The notes under the pieces were generated by a model, which was not told the origin of the DNA, made no database searches, and worked only from the letters and a program-made list of their open reading frames with translations. From contig JACZYG010000002.1 of assembly GCA_022571215.1 (NCBI GenBank), forward strand, positions 54,332 through 118,331: a stretch of 64,000 bases of DNA, in the 5' to 3' direction. Source of the DNA: Fidelibacterota bacterium (lineage in GTDB: Bacteria; Fidelibacterota; SORT01). Positions 1 to 8,684 of the stretch are shown here, piece after piece. Each line of letters starts with the position of its first letter. Position 1 is the stretch's first letter. Both the position numbers and the translations under genes were made by a program.

Positions 1-1
1 G

Positions 2-259
2 TACTATATCAGCAGAGCGGGTGGTTTCCATGTAGATGGGGATAAGGGAAATGCTCGTATATTAAGAGCAGATGGAAGTGTAGTAAATTCTAAGAAACGA
101 TTTTGGTGGGATCCGAAGGTGCACGAGGGCGACGAAATTATTATTTCATTGAAAGAAGAGAAGGAGCCGTTTGACTTTTCCGAATTCTTAACGGAGACAT
201 CAAGTATAGTTGCAAGTCTGGCAACTATAGCATTCGTCATTGTTCAATCGACTAAATAG
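2..259 (+). CDS. Partial (5-prime truncated by window edge) polysaccharide export protein C-terminus, Wza/SLBB-like
   Basis: Frame 2 is open from the window edge to TAG at 257-259 and reads ...GFHVDGDKGNARILRADGSVVNSKKRFWWDPKVHEGDEIIISLKE... ending in a hydrophobic tail; resembles C-termini of polysaccharide export proteins. Not in the ORF track because it has no start codon in the window. Confidence 0.4.
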   Translation, partial: YYISRAGGFHVDGDKGNARILRADGSVVNSKKRFWWDPKVHEGDEIIISLKEEKEPFDFSEFLTETSSIVASLATIAFVIVQSTK

Positions 260-329
260 TACTGTCAGGTTCCTGTAAATTCTGCAAAATAAATCGTAAG
301 ACAATTCGATTTCAGTCGGACAAGGTGAA

Positions 330-753
330 CTTTTGAAAGCGTTAGCTATCGGTGGGATGGGGTTCTTGGGCTCGCAAAAGCAAAAAACGCGACATTCGTT
401 CTCGCTTCAACATCTGAGGATTACGGTGATGGAACCCAAACCCGAAACTTCGCTTATATTGATGATACGGTTGACGGTATTTTTAAACTAATGACCTCTA
501 AATATACCGATTTAATATTGGCAATCCGGAAGAGATAAGTATTTTGGAGTTTGTCAAGCGGATAGAAGAAGCGACGAACACTGAAGTGGAAATTAAGCTA
601 ATGCCCTTGCCCGAGGACGATCCGAAGGTAAGATGTCCGAATATCAGCAAGTCAAAAGAACTGCTCGGCTGGGAGCCCAAGATAGGTCTTGCTGAAGGTC
701 TGAAGAATACGATACCATTCTTTCGGGATAAGCTCTCCGAACCCGCGGTCTGA
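330..753 (+). pseudogene. Degraded NAD-dependent epimerase/dehydratase gene (UDP-glucuronate decarboxylase, UXS-like) with internal deletion and frameshift
   Basis: One frame reads ...GVLGLAKAKNATFVLASTSEDYGDGTQTRNFAYIDDTVDGIFKLMTSKYTD then hits a stop; a second frame continues FNIGNPEEISILEFVKRIEE...PDDPKVRCPNISKSKELLGWEPKIGLAEGLKNTIPFF (ORF 544-753). These are UXS-family motifs, but about 75-100 aa between STSEVYGD and YGDGxQTR and the whole N-terminal Rossmann region are missing. Confidence 0.55.
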
Positions 754-767
754 ATAATCGCTAATTC

Positions 768-1766
768 TTATTGTAACTTATCAATGATGGAATTGGTAAA
801 CTCTTTCAAGGAAGCCGTTCCCCCAAGGTTTGCAGGTTTGGTCCCGTCATTTAGATTTAAAGCGATCGATGAACGAATCTTCTCAGCTGCGTCGGTTTCA
901 CCTAAGTAATTAAGCAAGGCGATGGCTGACATCAGCAAGGGCAAGGGGCTGGCATCCGATGCGTTTGCCTTTTCGGGCGCTTTCCCATGCATAACTTCGA
1001 ATACGCGAATGTCGTCACCGATATTCACTCCGTAAACCGCGCTGATTCCTCCAACCATTCCTGTGATAAGATCGGATACAATGTCACCGTATAGATTACC
1101 CATCAGAAGTACATCAAATCGTTCAGGATTCATAACAAGATTCATACAACAGGCATCAATGATCATCGTGTCATGCTCAATATCAGGATATGTTTCGGCG
1201 ATTTCAGTTGCGACATCCAAGAATAAGCCGTCGGAAAGCTTCATGATATTCGCCTTATGAACGGTAGTGACCTTTTTTCTGCTTTTTTCTTTTGCGTATT
1301 GAAACGCAAAATTTGCGATTCGCTTTGAGGCATCTTCAGTTACGACTTTCATCATCTCCACGATATCAGGAGATACGTAATGCTCGATCCCGGAGTATTC
1401 TCCCTGAGTATTTTCTCTCACTACAATGATATCAATTTCATCATACCGGCTTTCGATTCCCGGAAAAAGCTTACACGGCCTCAAATTAGCATAAAGATTG
1501 AATGATTTTCTGAGAGTTACGGTTGGAGGCTCGTACGGAGCGCCAAGCGGAATATGTATCAGACCTTTAAGAGCAACTTTGTTTCGTTCAACAGAGTCCA
1601 TCAGCTCTTGAGGTAACGGTGTTCCGTGGGCTTTTAGCGCCTTTTCTCCGGATTCCTGCCAATCCCAATCTATCTTGGCTCCCGATGAGTCCACCACTCT
1701 TGTCACTTCATTAGCGATTTCAGGACCTATCCAGTCGCCGGGTATTATTGTTACTGTTTTACTCAT
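768..1766 (-). CDS. Isocitrate/isopropylmalate dehydrogenase family protein, second tandem copy (NAD-IDH-like subunit)
   Basis: 332 aa with VRENTQGEYSG, HKANIMKLSDG and GNLYGDIVSDL motifs; the N-terminal glycine motif is the variant GDWIGPE. 4-nt overlap with the upstream IDH gene. Confidence 0.8.
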   Translation of the reverse strand: MSKTVTIIPGDWIGPEIANEVTRVVDSSGAKIDWDWQESGEKALKAHGTPLPQELMDSVERNKVALKGLIHIPLGAPYEPPTVTLRKSFNLYANLRPCKLFPGIESRYDEIDIIVVRENTQGEYSGIEHYVSPDIVEMMKVVTEDASKRIANFAFQYAKEKSRKKVTTVHKANIMKLSDGLFLDVATEIAETYPDIEHDTMIIDACCMNLVMNPERFDVLLMGNLYGDIVSDLITGMVGGISAVYGVNIGDDIRVFEVMHGKAPEKANASDASPLPLLMSAIALLNYLGETDAAEKIRSSIALNLNDGTKPANLGGTASLKEFTNSIIDKLQ

Positions 1767-2761
1767 AATGATTCGATAATGGCCCTGGTGAATTCTTTCG
1801 TACCGGATTTACCACCCAGGTCACCTGTTCTGACTTTTCCTTCTTCGAGCACCTTATAGGCCGCATCTCTAATACGATTTCCGGCGGCATGTTCTCCGAG
1901 ATACTCAAGCATTAAAACCGCTGATAGAACGGCTGCAAGCGGATTTGCTAAATCCTTACCCGCGATATCGGGAGCGCTGCCATGGACTGGCTCAAAAACA
2001 GCATAATCTTTTCCAATATTTGCTCCGGGCACAACTCCGAGTCCCCCTACTAATCCGCTTGTCAAATCGCTTATGATGTCACCGTACAAATTACCCATTA
2101 CAAGCAGATCAAATTGTGAGGGGTCAGTTACAAGCTGCATTGAGAGGTTATCAATTGCGACTTCGTCATATTCAATAAACGGATACTTAGCGGCAATTTT
2201 TCTGATTTCTTCGAGAAACAAGCCGTCAGATTTCTTCATTACCGCCGCTTTGTGCACAGCCGTGACTTTTCTTCTGCCATGATTTCGGCAGTAATCAAAT
2301 GCAAATCTGCCTATCGCATTGCAAGCATTTCGCGAGATGACTTTCAAGCTGGTAACAACTCCTTCCACGACCTGATGCTCCAATCCTGAATAAAGACCTT
2401 CAGTATTCTCTCTAACGACTACAAGGTCGACGTTTTGGTATCTTGTAACTATTCCGGGAAGATTTATGACCGGTCTGATACAGGCGCTAAGATTTAGTTT
2501 TTGACGCAGGCTTACATTTGCGGAACGAAATCCTTTTCCTACAGGCGTTGTTACAGGTCCTTTTAAGGCTACTTTTGTTTTCTTAATTGAATTTATAGTA
2601 TCTTCAGGTACCGTTTCGCCGAACTTATCAACTGCTTCCTGCCCAACTATCGCTTTATCCCATCTGATATCCACGCCGGAGGCATCGAGAATTTCAACGG
2701 CAGAGCCCATAACTTCAGGACCGATACCGTCTCCTTCGATAAGAGTAATATGATAATTCAC
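1763..2761 (-). CDS. Isocitrate dehydrogenase (NAD-dependent type), first tandem copy
   Basis: GDGIGPEV, KGPVTTPVGKGFRSANVSLRQKLNL, VRENTEGLYSG and GNLYGDIISDL motifs. The longest ORF runs to 2848 but would overlap the upstream thioesterase by 85 nt; a GTG at 2759-2761 giving VNYHITLIEGDGIGPE is the more plausible start. Confidence 0.8.
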   Translation of the reverse strand: MNYHITLIEGDGIGPEVMGSAVEILDASGVDIRWDKAIVGQEAVDKFGETVPEDTINSIKKTKVALKGPVTTPVGKGFRSANVSLRQKLNLSACIRPVINLPGIVTRYQNVDLVVVRENTEGLYSGLEHQVVEGVVTSLKVISRNACNAIGRFAFDYCRNHGRRKVTAVHKAAVMKKSDGLFLEEIRKIAAKYPFIEYDEVAIDNLSMQLVTDPSQFDLLVMGNLYGDIISDLTSGLVGGLGVVPGANIGKDYAVFEPVHGSAPDIAGKDLANPLAAVLSAVLMLEYLGEHAAGNRIRDAAYKVLEEGKVRTGDLGGKSGTKEFTRAIIESL

Positions 2762-2763
2762 AG

Positions 2764-3177
2764 CTACTTCCCCGACTGATATGTTCCCATCGCTTCGATA
2801 AGCTCCGGGGGGAATTTTACAGGTTTTCCCGAATCCAAATTTATGCAAACATGGTGAGTATGTCCCTCAGATACTTTTTTACCGGCTACTTCCATTGAAT
2901 ATAATATTTTAAAAGAGGTCCTTCCAAAATCATCTACTCCAAGGTTAAGCTCCAATAGATCATCAAATTTTACCGGCGCGAAATATCTAAGCCTGCTTTC
3001 CACCAATACCAATCCCAAGCCCATATCCATCACTGATTTGTAAGAAAGACCGCTTGCTTCCAAGAGCTCGACTCTTGCCTTTTCACAGTAATAATAAAAA
3101 TTTGAATGATGCAGAACGCCATGCATGTCAATATCACGGAAAGCCACGTTATATTTTGCCTGGAAAGGAAATTTCAT
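2764..3177 (-). CDS. Acyl-CoA thioesterase, hotdog fold (YbgC/4HBT-like)
   Basis: 137 aa; N-terminal FxxxVxFRDIDMHGVLHHSNFYYYCEKAR pattern typical of 4HBT thioesterases. Confidence 0.75.
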   Translation of the reverse strand: MKFPFQAKYNVAFRDIDMHGVLHHSNFYYYCEKARVELLEASGLSYKSVMDMGLGLVLVESRLRYFAPVKFDDLLELNLGVDDFGRTSFKILYSMEVAGKKVSEGHTHHVCINLDSGKPVKFPPELIEAMGTYQSGK

Positions 3178-3905
3178 CCTAAAATCCCCGCAACGATAAA
3201 TAGATCATAAAAACTGTGAGTATACGCTGTAACTCCAAAACCTCTAAAAACGTAGAGAACGGACAGTATAGTTCCTCCTATGAACCGAAAAACAAAAGTG
3301 CTGACGAGAAACGGCTCACCAAGGAATCCTATGTAGTGGAAACCGGAAAATATCAAAGAGGAAAGAAAAATAGAGATTATTACGGATGTAATCTTTTTCA
3401 ATCCGACAACTTTGGTGAAAATGAGTACGAAAAGAGATATCAGCACGACCCTGAATAAAAATTCCTCGTAAACGCCTGCGCCCAATGATAAAACGAGTTG
3501 GTGTTTCCAGCTGAAAGTGGGAGGAAATTGAAGCAAAATACTTGTTATCCTGCTTACTACAAAGCCGAACAGAAATGCGTAAAGAATAGATTCACCGAGC
3601 ATCAGCAGAAGATAGCGATATTGCAGAATAAACTCTTTATCCCTCAATTCATGAATGAAAAGTCCGATAAGAATAGCGAGAACCAGTATGCTGAATCCAT
3701 AGAAGCCTGCGACACCAAATATATTGAATATCTGTTTCGTGACAACGTCAGCTCCGTTTCGAAGGCCTTCAATATCCGACTTATTCATTACGAAAGCCGC
3801 TATCTCGTAAGTCATCATAAGAGGAACAACGAACAAGAACGAATAAAAAGGCGATTTTGTAGCCCTTGAGTATTCTTTATATTGTTCCCAGTAATTTTGC
3901 ATCAT
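3174..3905 (-). CDS. CPBP family intramembrane metalloprotease (CAAX protease-like)
   Basis: 243 aa polytopic membrane protein with EEFLFR (EExxxR) and FSGFHY (FxxxH) motifs. Confidence 0.75.
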   Translation of the reverse strand: MMQNYWEQYKEYSRATKSPFYSFLFVVPLMMTYEIAAFVMNKSDIEGLRNGADVVTKQIFNIFGVAGFYGFSILVLAILIGLFIHELRDKEFILQYRYLLLMLGESILYAFLFGFVVSRITSILLQFPPTFSWKHQLVLSLGAGVYEEFLFRVVLISLFVLIFTKVVGLKKITSVIISIFLSSLIFSGFHYIGFLGEPFLVSTFVFRFIGGTILSVLYVFRGFGVTAYTHSFYDLFIVAGILG

Positions 3906-3930
3906 CGAATCATATTAAAATTTTCTGAAA

Positions 3931-5730
3931 TTACTCATCCAACTGCAATACCGCAATGAACGCTTCTTGAGGAACCTGCACACTGCCGACCAATTTCATA
4001 CGTTTTTTCCCCGCTTTTTGTTTTTCTAACAGCTTCCGCTTACGGGTTATATCGCCGCCGTAACATTTGGCTGTAACATTTTTTCTGAGCGCGCTCACGG
4101 TCTGACGCGCGATAATCTTGCTTCCGACAGAACCTTGCAAGGCTATCGGGAACATCTGTCGAGGAATAATCGTTTTAAGTTTTTCGGTTATTCTTCTGCC
4201 CCAGTCGTATGCTTTATCCTTGTGGACGATAATCGAAAAGGCGTCAATTTTATCTCCGTTGATTAAAATATCAAGCCGGACGAGTTTGCCTTTCCGATAC
4301 CCTATATAATCATAATCGAGTGAAGCGTAACCTCTGCTGACAGATTTAAGACGGTCATAAAAATCAAACAGCACTTCCATTAGAGGTAACTCGTAAACGA
4401 TTTCAACCCGATTGGAATTGAGATAGTCGGTGGATTTGTAAGTGCCTCTCTTATCCTGAGCGAGTTTCATAATAGCGCCGATATATTCTGAGGGAGTTAC
4501 AATTGCCGCCCTGATGAACGGCTCTTTAATATTTTCTATATCGCCCGCTGGTGGGAGTTTTACGGGATTATCTATTTCAAAGGACGTACCGTTATGCAAC
4601 TCCACAAGATATTTGGCATTCGGAACGGTCGCGATGATATCCATATCGAATTCACGGGACAATCGTTCCTGAACTATCTCCATGTGGAGCATCCCGAGGT
4701 ATCCGCACCTAAAGCCGAACCCGAGAGCTTCGGATGATTCAGGCTCAAAAGAGATAGCCGCGTCATTGAGCTGTAATTTTTCTAAAGCAATCCTTAATTT
4801 GCTATAATCTTCGTTGTCAATCGGAAAAATACCGCTGAATACCATCGGCTTGGACTCTTTGTAACCGGGAAGAGCTTCTTTTGCCGGATTATCTGCGGAA
4901 GTAACAGTATCTCCGACTTTAGTATCCTTCACATTCTTTACTCCTGCGATCAGATAGCCGACATCACCCGCATTAAGTTCCTTTTTCTTTATCCTTTTCA
5001 TCCGCAGTATGCCGATCTCGAGCGCCTCAAGGGTTTTGTTGTTATTGAAGAACTTTACACGCTGTCCTTCGACTAACTTACCATCAAAGACTCGTATATA
5101 AGCAATAGCTCCGCGGTATTTATCAAATGTTGAATCGAATATTATCGCTCTAAGCGGTTTAGAGGTATCTGATTCTGGAGGGGGAACCAACTCTACTACG
5201 GCTTCAAGAATTTCAGCGACACCTTCACCGGTTTTAGCGCTGATAAGAAATATATCCTCTTCTTTGCAACCGAGCAATTCGATGATCTGGTCAATGGCAA
5301 CTTCAACCTCTTTAGCGCCCAAATCAATTTTGTTGATGATAGGTATGATTTTCAGTCCGCCGTCAACAGCCAGGTAGGCATTACTGACGGTTTGCGCCTC
5401 AACTCCCTGCGCGGCATCCACAAGAAGAAGCGCTCCCTCGCAAGCTGCGAGGCTGCGGCTGACTTCATACGAAAAATCTACATGACCCGGGGTATCTATA
5501 AGGTTGAAGATATATTTTTTGCCGTCATCGGCGCTGTAATCCATAGTTATAGCATGCGCTTTTATCGTAATGCCGCGTTCTCTTTCGATATCCATGTCAT
5601 CAAGCACCTGATCCTTCATCTCTTTTTCGCTCAAGGTATGGGTCAGCTCGAGAAAGCGGTCGGCAAGTGTCGATTTGCCATGATCGATATGGGCTATAAT
5701 GCAGAAATTTCGTATGTTTTCAGCCTTCAT
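3931..5730 (-). CDS. lepA: Elongation factor 4 (LepA)
   Basis: 599 aa; translational GTPase G-domain AHIDHGKSTL, DTPGHVDF, NKID, with LepA-specific C-terminal domain. Confidence 0.95.
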   Translation of the reverse strand: MKAENIRNFCIIAHIDHGKSTLADRFLELTHTLSEKEMKDQVLDDMDIERERGITIKAHAITMDYSADDGKKYIFNLIDTPGHVDFSYEVSRSLAACEGALLLVDAAQGVEAQTVSNAYLAVDGGLKIIPIINKIDLGAKEVEVAIDQIIELLGCKEEDIFLISAKTGEGVAEILEAVVELVPPPESDTSKPLRAIIFDSTFDKYRGAIAYIRVFDGKLVEGQRVKFFNNNKTLEALEIGILRMKRIKKKELNAGDVGYLIAGVKNVKDTKVGDTVTSADNPAKEALPGYKESKPMVFSGIFPIDNEDYSKLRIALEKLQLNDAAISFEPESSEALGFGFRCGYLGMLHMEIVQERLSREFDMDIIATVPNAKYLVELHNGTSFEIDNPVKLPPAGDIENIKEPFIRAAIVTPSEYIGAIMKLAQDKRGTYKSTDYLNSNRVEIVYELPLMEVLFDFYDRLKSVSRGYASLDYDYIGYRKGKLVRLDILINGDKIDAFSIIVHKDKAYDWGRRITEKLKTIIPRQMFPIALQGSVGSKIIARQTVSALRKNVTAKCYGGDITRKRKLLEKQKAGKKRMKLVGSVQVPQEAFIAVLQLDE

Positions 5731-5834
5731 GCTTTCCTGTGTTTAATTGATCTCAAATATTAAGTCATGTAGAGGGCGAAGTCAATGTAAGACATAATCC
5801 TGATTTCCGGATGACAATTAAGGTATTTGAACGC

Positions 5835-7157
5835 TCAGTTCTTAGGCTTGAAAAGAAGCGTTATAGGAACCCCGAAAAAACCGAAAGCGGCGCGCAAGTT
5901 ATGCTCAAGAAATCGTTTATAGTTTTCTTTTATACCTTTCGGGTAATTGGTAAAAAAAACAAAAGTGGGAGGAATCGCGTTAACCTGATTGACGAACGTT
6001 ATCTTCACAAAACGATTATTATAACTCGGAGGTGATGTATGTTCAACCGTTGCGGTCAACCAGTCATTAAGCGGTTTGGTTTTTATGCTTTTGCGGGATT
6101 CATTGTAAATTTTGGAGACCAGGTCAAGAATCTTATGAATCCGCTGACCGTCGAGAGCGGAAATAAATTCTATCGGATAGCTTTCCAATAGAGGTAGCCT
6201 ATATTTGAGCTCTTCCAACCACTCTTTATGAGTACGGTTGGTTTTTTCTATCAGGTCCCATTTATTTACGGCAACCACGAGACACTTTCTCCTATCCAAT
6301 GCCTCAACAATTATACTTACGTCCTGTTTATCCATACCGCGGGTCACATCGAGCATAGCGACTACCACATCCGCTCTGTCCATCGCTCTCCGCGCCCTAA
6401 CGGTACTGTAAAATTCAACGGCGTCCTTGATCTTCGCTTTTCTTCTGATTCCCGCTGTATCGATTAAAGTATAGGTCTTTCCCTTATAGGAGACTACACT
6501 GTCGGCGCTGTCCCGGGTTGTGCCGGGAATGTCGGTAACTATTTGTCTCTCTTTATTCAAAAGTCTGTTGACAAGCGAGGATTTTCCGACATTAGGAACG
6601 CCGACAATTGCGATCTTTATCCCCTCATCCTCTTCAACAGAGGGCGCAGGTGACAGTTTGAAGTGGCTTACCGCCGCTTCTAAAAGATCGCCGGTTCTTC
6701 TACCCGATTCAGCGGAAACAGGAAATGGTTCGCCAAGACCGAGCTTCATAAAATCGTATATTTCCGGCTCTCGTGTTTCGTCGTCAACTTTATTGACGAC
6801 GAGTATGACTTTTTTTGATTGCTTCAAAATGACTTTTGCGATGTCCTCATCACCTGCCGTGATCCCTGTTTCTGAATCCACCACAAACAATACGAGTTCC
6901 GACTCATTAATCGCTTCTAACGCTTGCTCGCGAACAGACGAGAGGATAACCTCATCGGATTTTGAATCATATCCTCCGGTATCCACAAGAATAAAATCAT
7001 GTCCTGACCAGGAAACTTTCCCGTACTTCCTGTCCCGTGTGACCCCTTCGGTGGAATCTACTATAGCGTCCCGCCGTCCTACAAACCGGTTAAAAAGGGT
7101 GGATTTACCGACATTAGGTCTGCCGATTATGGAGACTATGGGAATAGATTGAGTCAA
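5835..7157 (-). CDS. der: Ribosome biogenesis GTPase Der (EngA)
   Basis: 440 aa with two tandem GTPase domains (GRPNVGKSTLFN and GVPNVGKSSLVN) plus KH-like C-terminus. Confidence 0.95.
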   Translation of the reverse strand: MTQSIPIVSIIGRPNVGKSTLFNRFVGRRDAIVDSTEGVTRDRKYGKVSWSGHDFILVDTGGYDSKSDEVILSSVREQALEAINESELVLFVVDSETGITAGDEDIAKVILKQSKKVILVVNKVDDETREPEIYDFMKLGLGEPFPVSAESGRRTGDLLEAAVSHFKLSPAPSVEEDEGIKIAIVGVPNVGKSSLVNRLLNKERQIVTDIPGTTRDSADSVVSYKGKTYTLIDTAGIRRKAKIKDAVEFYSTVRARRAMDRADVVVAMLDVTRGMDKQDVSIIVEALDRRKCLVVAVNKWDLIEKTNRTHKEWLEELKYRLPLLESYPIEFISALDGQRIHKILDLVSKIYNESRKSIKTKPLNDWLTATVEHTSPPSYNNRFVKITFVNQVNAIPPTFVFFTNYPKGIKENYKRFLEHNLRAAFGFFGVPITLLFKPKN

Positions 7158-7162
7158 AACAG

Positions 7163-8443
7163 CTAACTATAAAGCGAGTGAAAATCGTTGTTATAGACCT
7201 GAACCGGCAGACCGCATACTTTTGATATATCCTCAGGACGCATATTATCGAGAAAGAATCCGTCACTGTTCAATATACGCGGAGGTAGAAATACTTCGCC
7301 GATAGGATCGCCTTCCTGAAGAGTTCTGATCAGGTCCTGCGCGGAAAGTAATCCCGCGATTGTAACCGATTCGCCTAAAAATGTGTTTTTCGCCACAAGC
7401 AATTTGACCCTGAGGTTTTCAATTTTTTCCAAAGCGGGCAAGAGCTGCTCATTCAGTATTCCCTCCGCCAACGTGCCCGTAACCAAAGTTATCTCTTTCG
7501 GCTCATTCAAGCGATCGGGAAACTTCGTTTTAGCTTTGTCGAGTTCACTAATAAATTCCCGGACCAAACCGATACCGTTATCCAATTGAGGGAATTCATC
7601 GTAATATTCTTCTTCCGGAACAGGCTCGCCAGCCATGATATACCATTCGTCGGAAAGATAAACGAATCGTTTCCCGTCGGAGCGTGGGAATTCAGTATCC
7701 CATTTGGCTCCGTTTTTCAACATTTCACGGGCATAGTCGGGCGTAACGGGATCTATTTTAGTCAGCCCGTCCCTGTGTTTCGTCAGTCCGATAGGAACCA
7801 CAGCCATAGAGCGGACGTTTTTCCTGTAATTCCAGATATCCTTTATGGTATTTTCGAGAATATCACCGTCATTCATGCCGGGGCAGAGAACGACCTGCGA
7901 GTGCATCTCAATATTATTCTCATCGAGATAAGCGATTTTTTTCAGAATATCATCATCAAAATCTATTCCGAGCATGAATTTACGTGTTTCGGGATCGGTC
8001 ACGTGTATCGATATATAAATAGGGCTGAGCCGTTGCCTGACGATTCGTTCAAGCTCTTTCCACGAAGTATTCGTCAGGGTTACAAAGTTACCATGCAGGA
8101 AGGAGAGACGATAATCTCCGTCCCTGAAATAAAGAGAAAGCCGCATACCCGCGGGGAGTTGATCTACATAGCAGAAAACGCATTTGTTGCAGCACGATTT
8201 ATATTGCTTCGGGACAAAGGAGATACCCATATCGTCATCGGGATGTTTCTCTATCTCGAAGGAAACTTCCTGATTGTTGCGTTTGATAACGACATCAACG
8301 GAATCATCCGTAGCCAAAAACCGGTAATCGATGATGTCGCTGACGCCGCATCCGTTCACGCTAACGAGTTTATCACCCGGCTCTATGCCGACTTCGGAAG
8401 CTATACTGTCTTTTTCTACATCTTTTATTTCAATCAAAACCAA
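7163..8443 (-). CDS. DUF512 radical-SAM-like protein with N-terminal PDZ domain
   Basis: 426 aa; cysteine motif CxxxCxxC in CCNKCVFC; position immediately upstream of der is typical for this family. Confidence 0.7.
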   Translation of the reverse strand: MVLIEIKDVEKDSIASEVGIEPGDKLVSVNGCGVSDIIDYRFLATDDSVDVVIKRNNQEVSFEIEKHPDDDMGISFVPKQYKSCCNKCVFCYVDQLPAGMRLSLYFRDGDYRLSFLHGNFVTLTNTSWKELERIVRQRLSPIYISIHVTDPETRKFMLGIDFDDDILKKIAYLDENNIEMHSQVVLCPGMNDGDILENTIKDIWNYRKNVRSMAVVPIGLTKHRDGLTKIDPVTPDYAREMLKNGAKWDTEFPRSDGKRFVYLSDEWYIMAGEPVPEEEYYDEFPQLDNGIGLVREFISELDKAKTKFPDRLNEPKEITLVTGTLAEGILNEQLLPALEKIENLRVKLLVAKNTFLGESVTIAGLLSAQDLIRTLQEGDPIGEVFLPPRILNSDGFFLDNMRPEDISKVCGLPVQVYNNDFHSLYS

Positions 8444-8648
8444 TTGTCCTTTCTATCGACAATAGATCAAATTTGCCATTCATTCATTGTGCAGCCTGCT
8501 AAGTAAACGATTTATCCGCTAATTAGCAAACAATATTCACTTTTATTGACCGATTTTAAAGGAAAAAGTTAAAGAAAGGCGCTTTCGGCGCACTTGTAAC
8601 TATCCCCTATGTTTATTATATTTAGAAGCTTAGAAAAGATGAAAAATA

Positions 8649-8664
8649 GCGCCGACAGGGCGCT
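8649..8664 (+). other. Perfect 6-bp stem hairpin (AGCGCC-gaca-GGCGCT) in the aconitase 5-prime leader
   Basis: Inverted repeat read directly about 20 nt upstream of the aconitase start; function unknown. Confidence 0.3.
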
Positions 8665-8684
8665 GAATATAGAAAGAAGGAATT

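Noticed and set aside
6520-7152. 210-aa plus-strand ORF overlapping der
   Set aside because: It lies entirely within the conserved double-GTPase Der gene on the opposite strand and has no recognisable domain.
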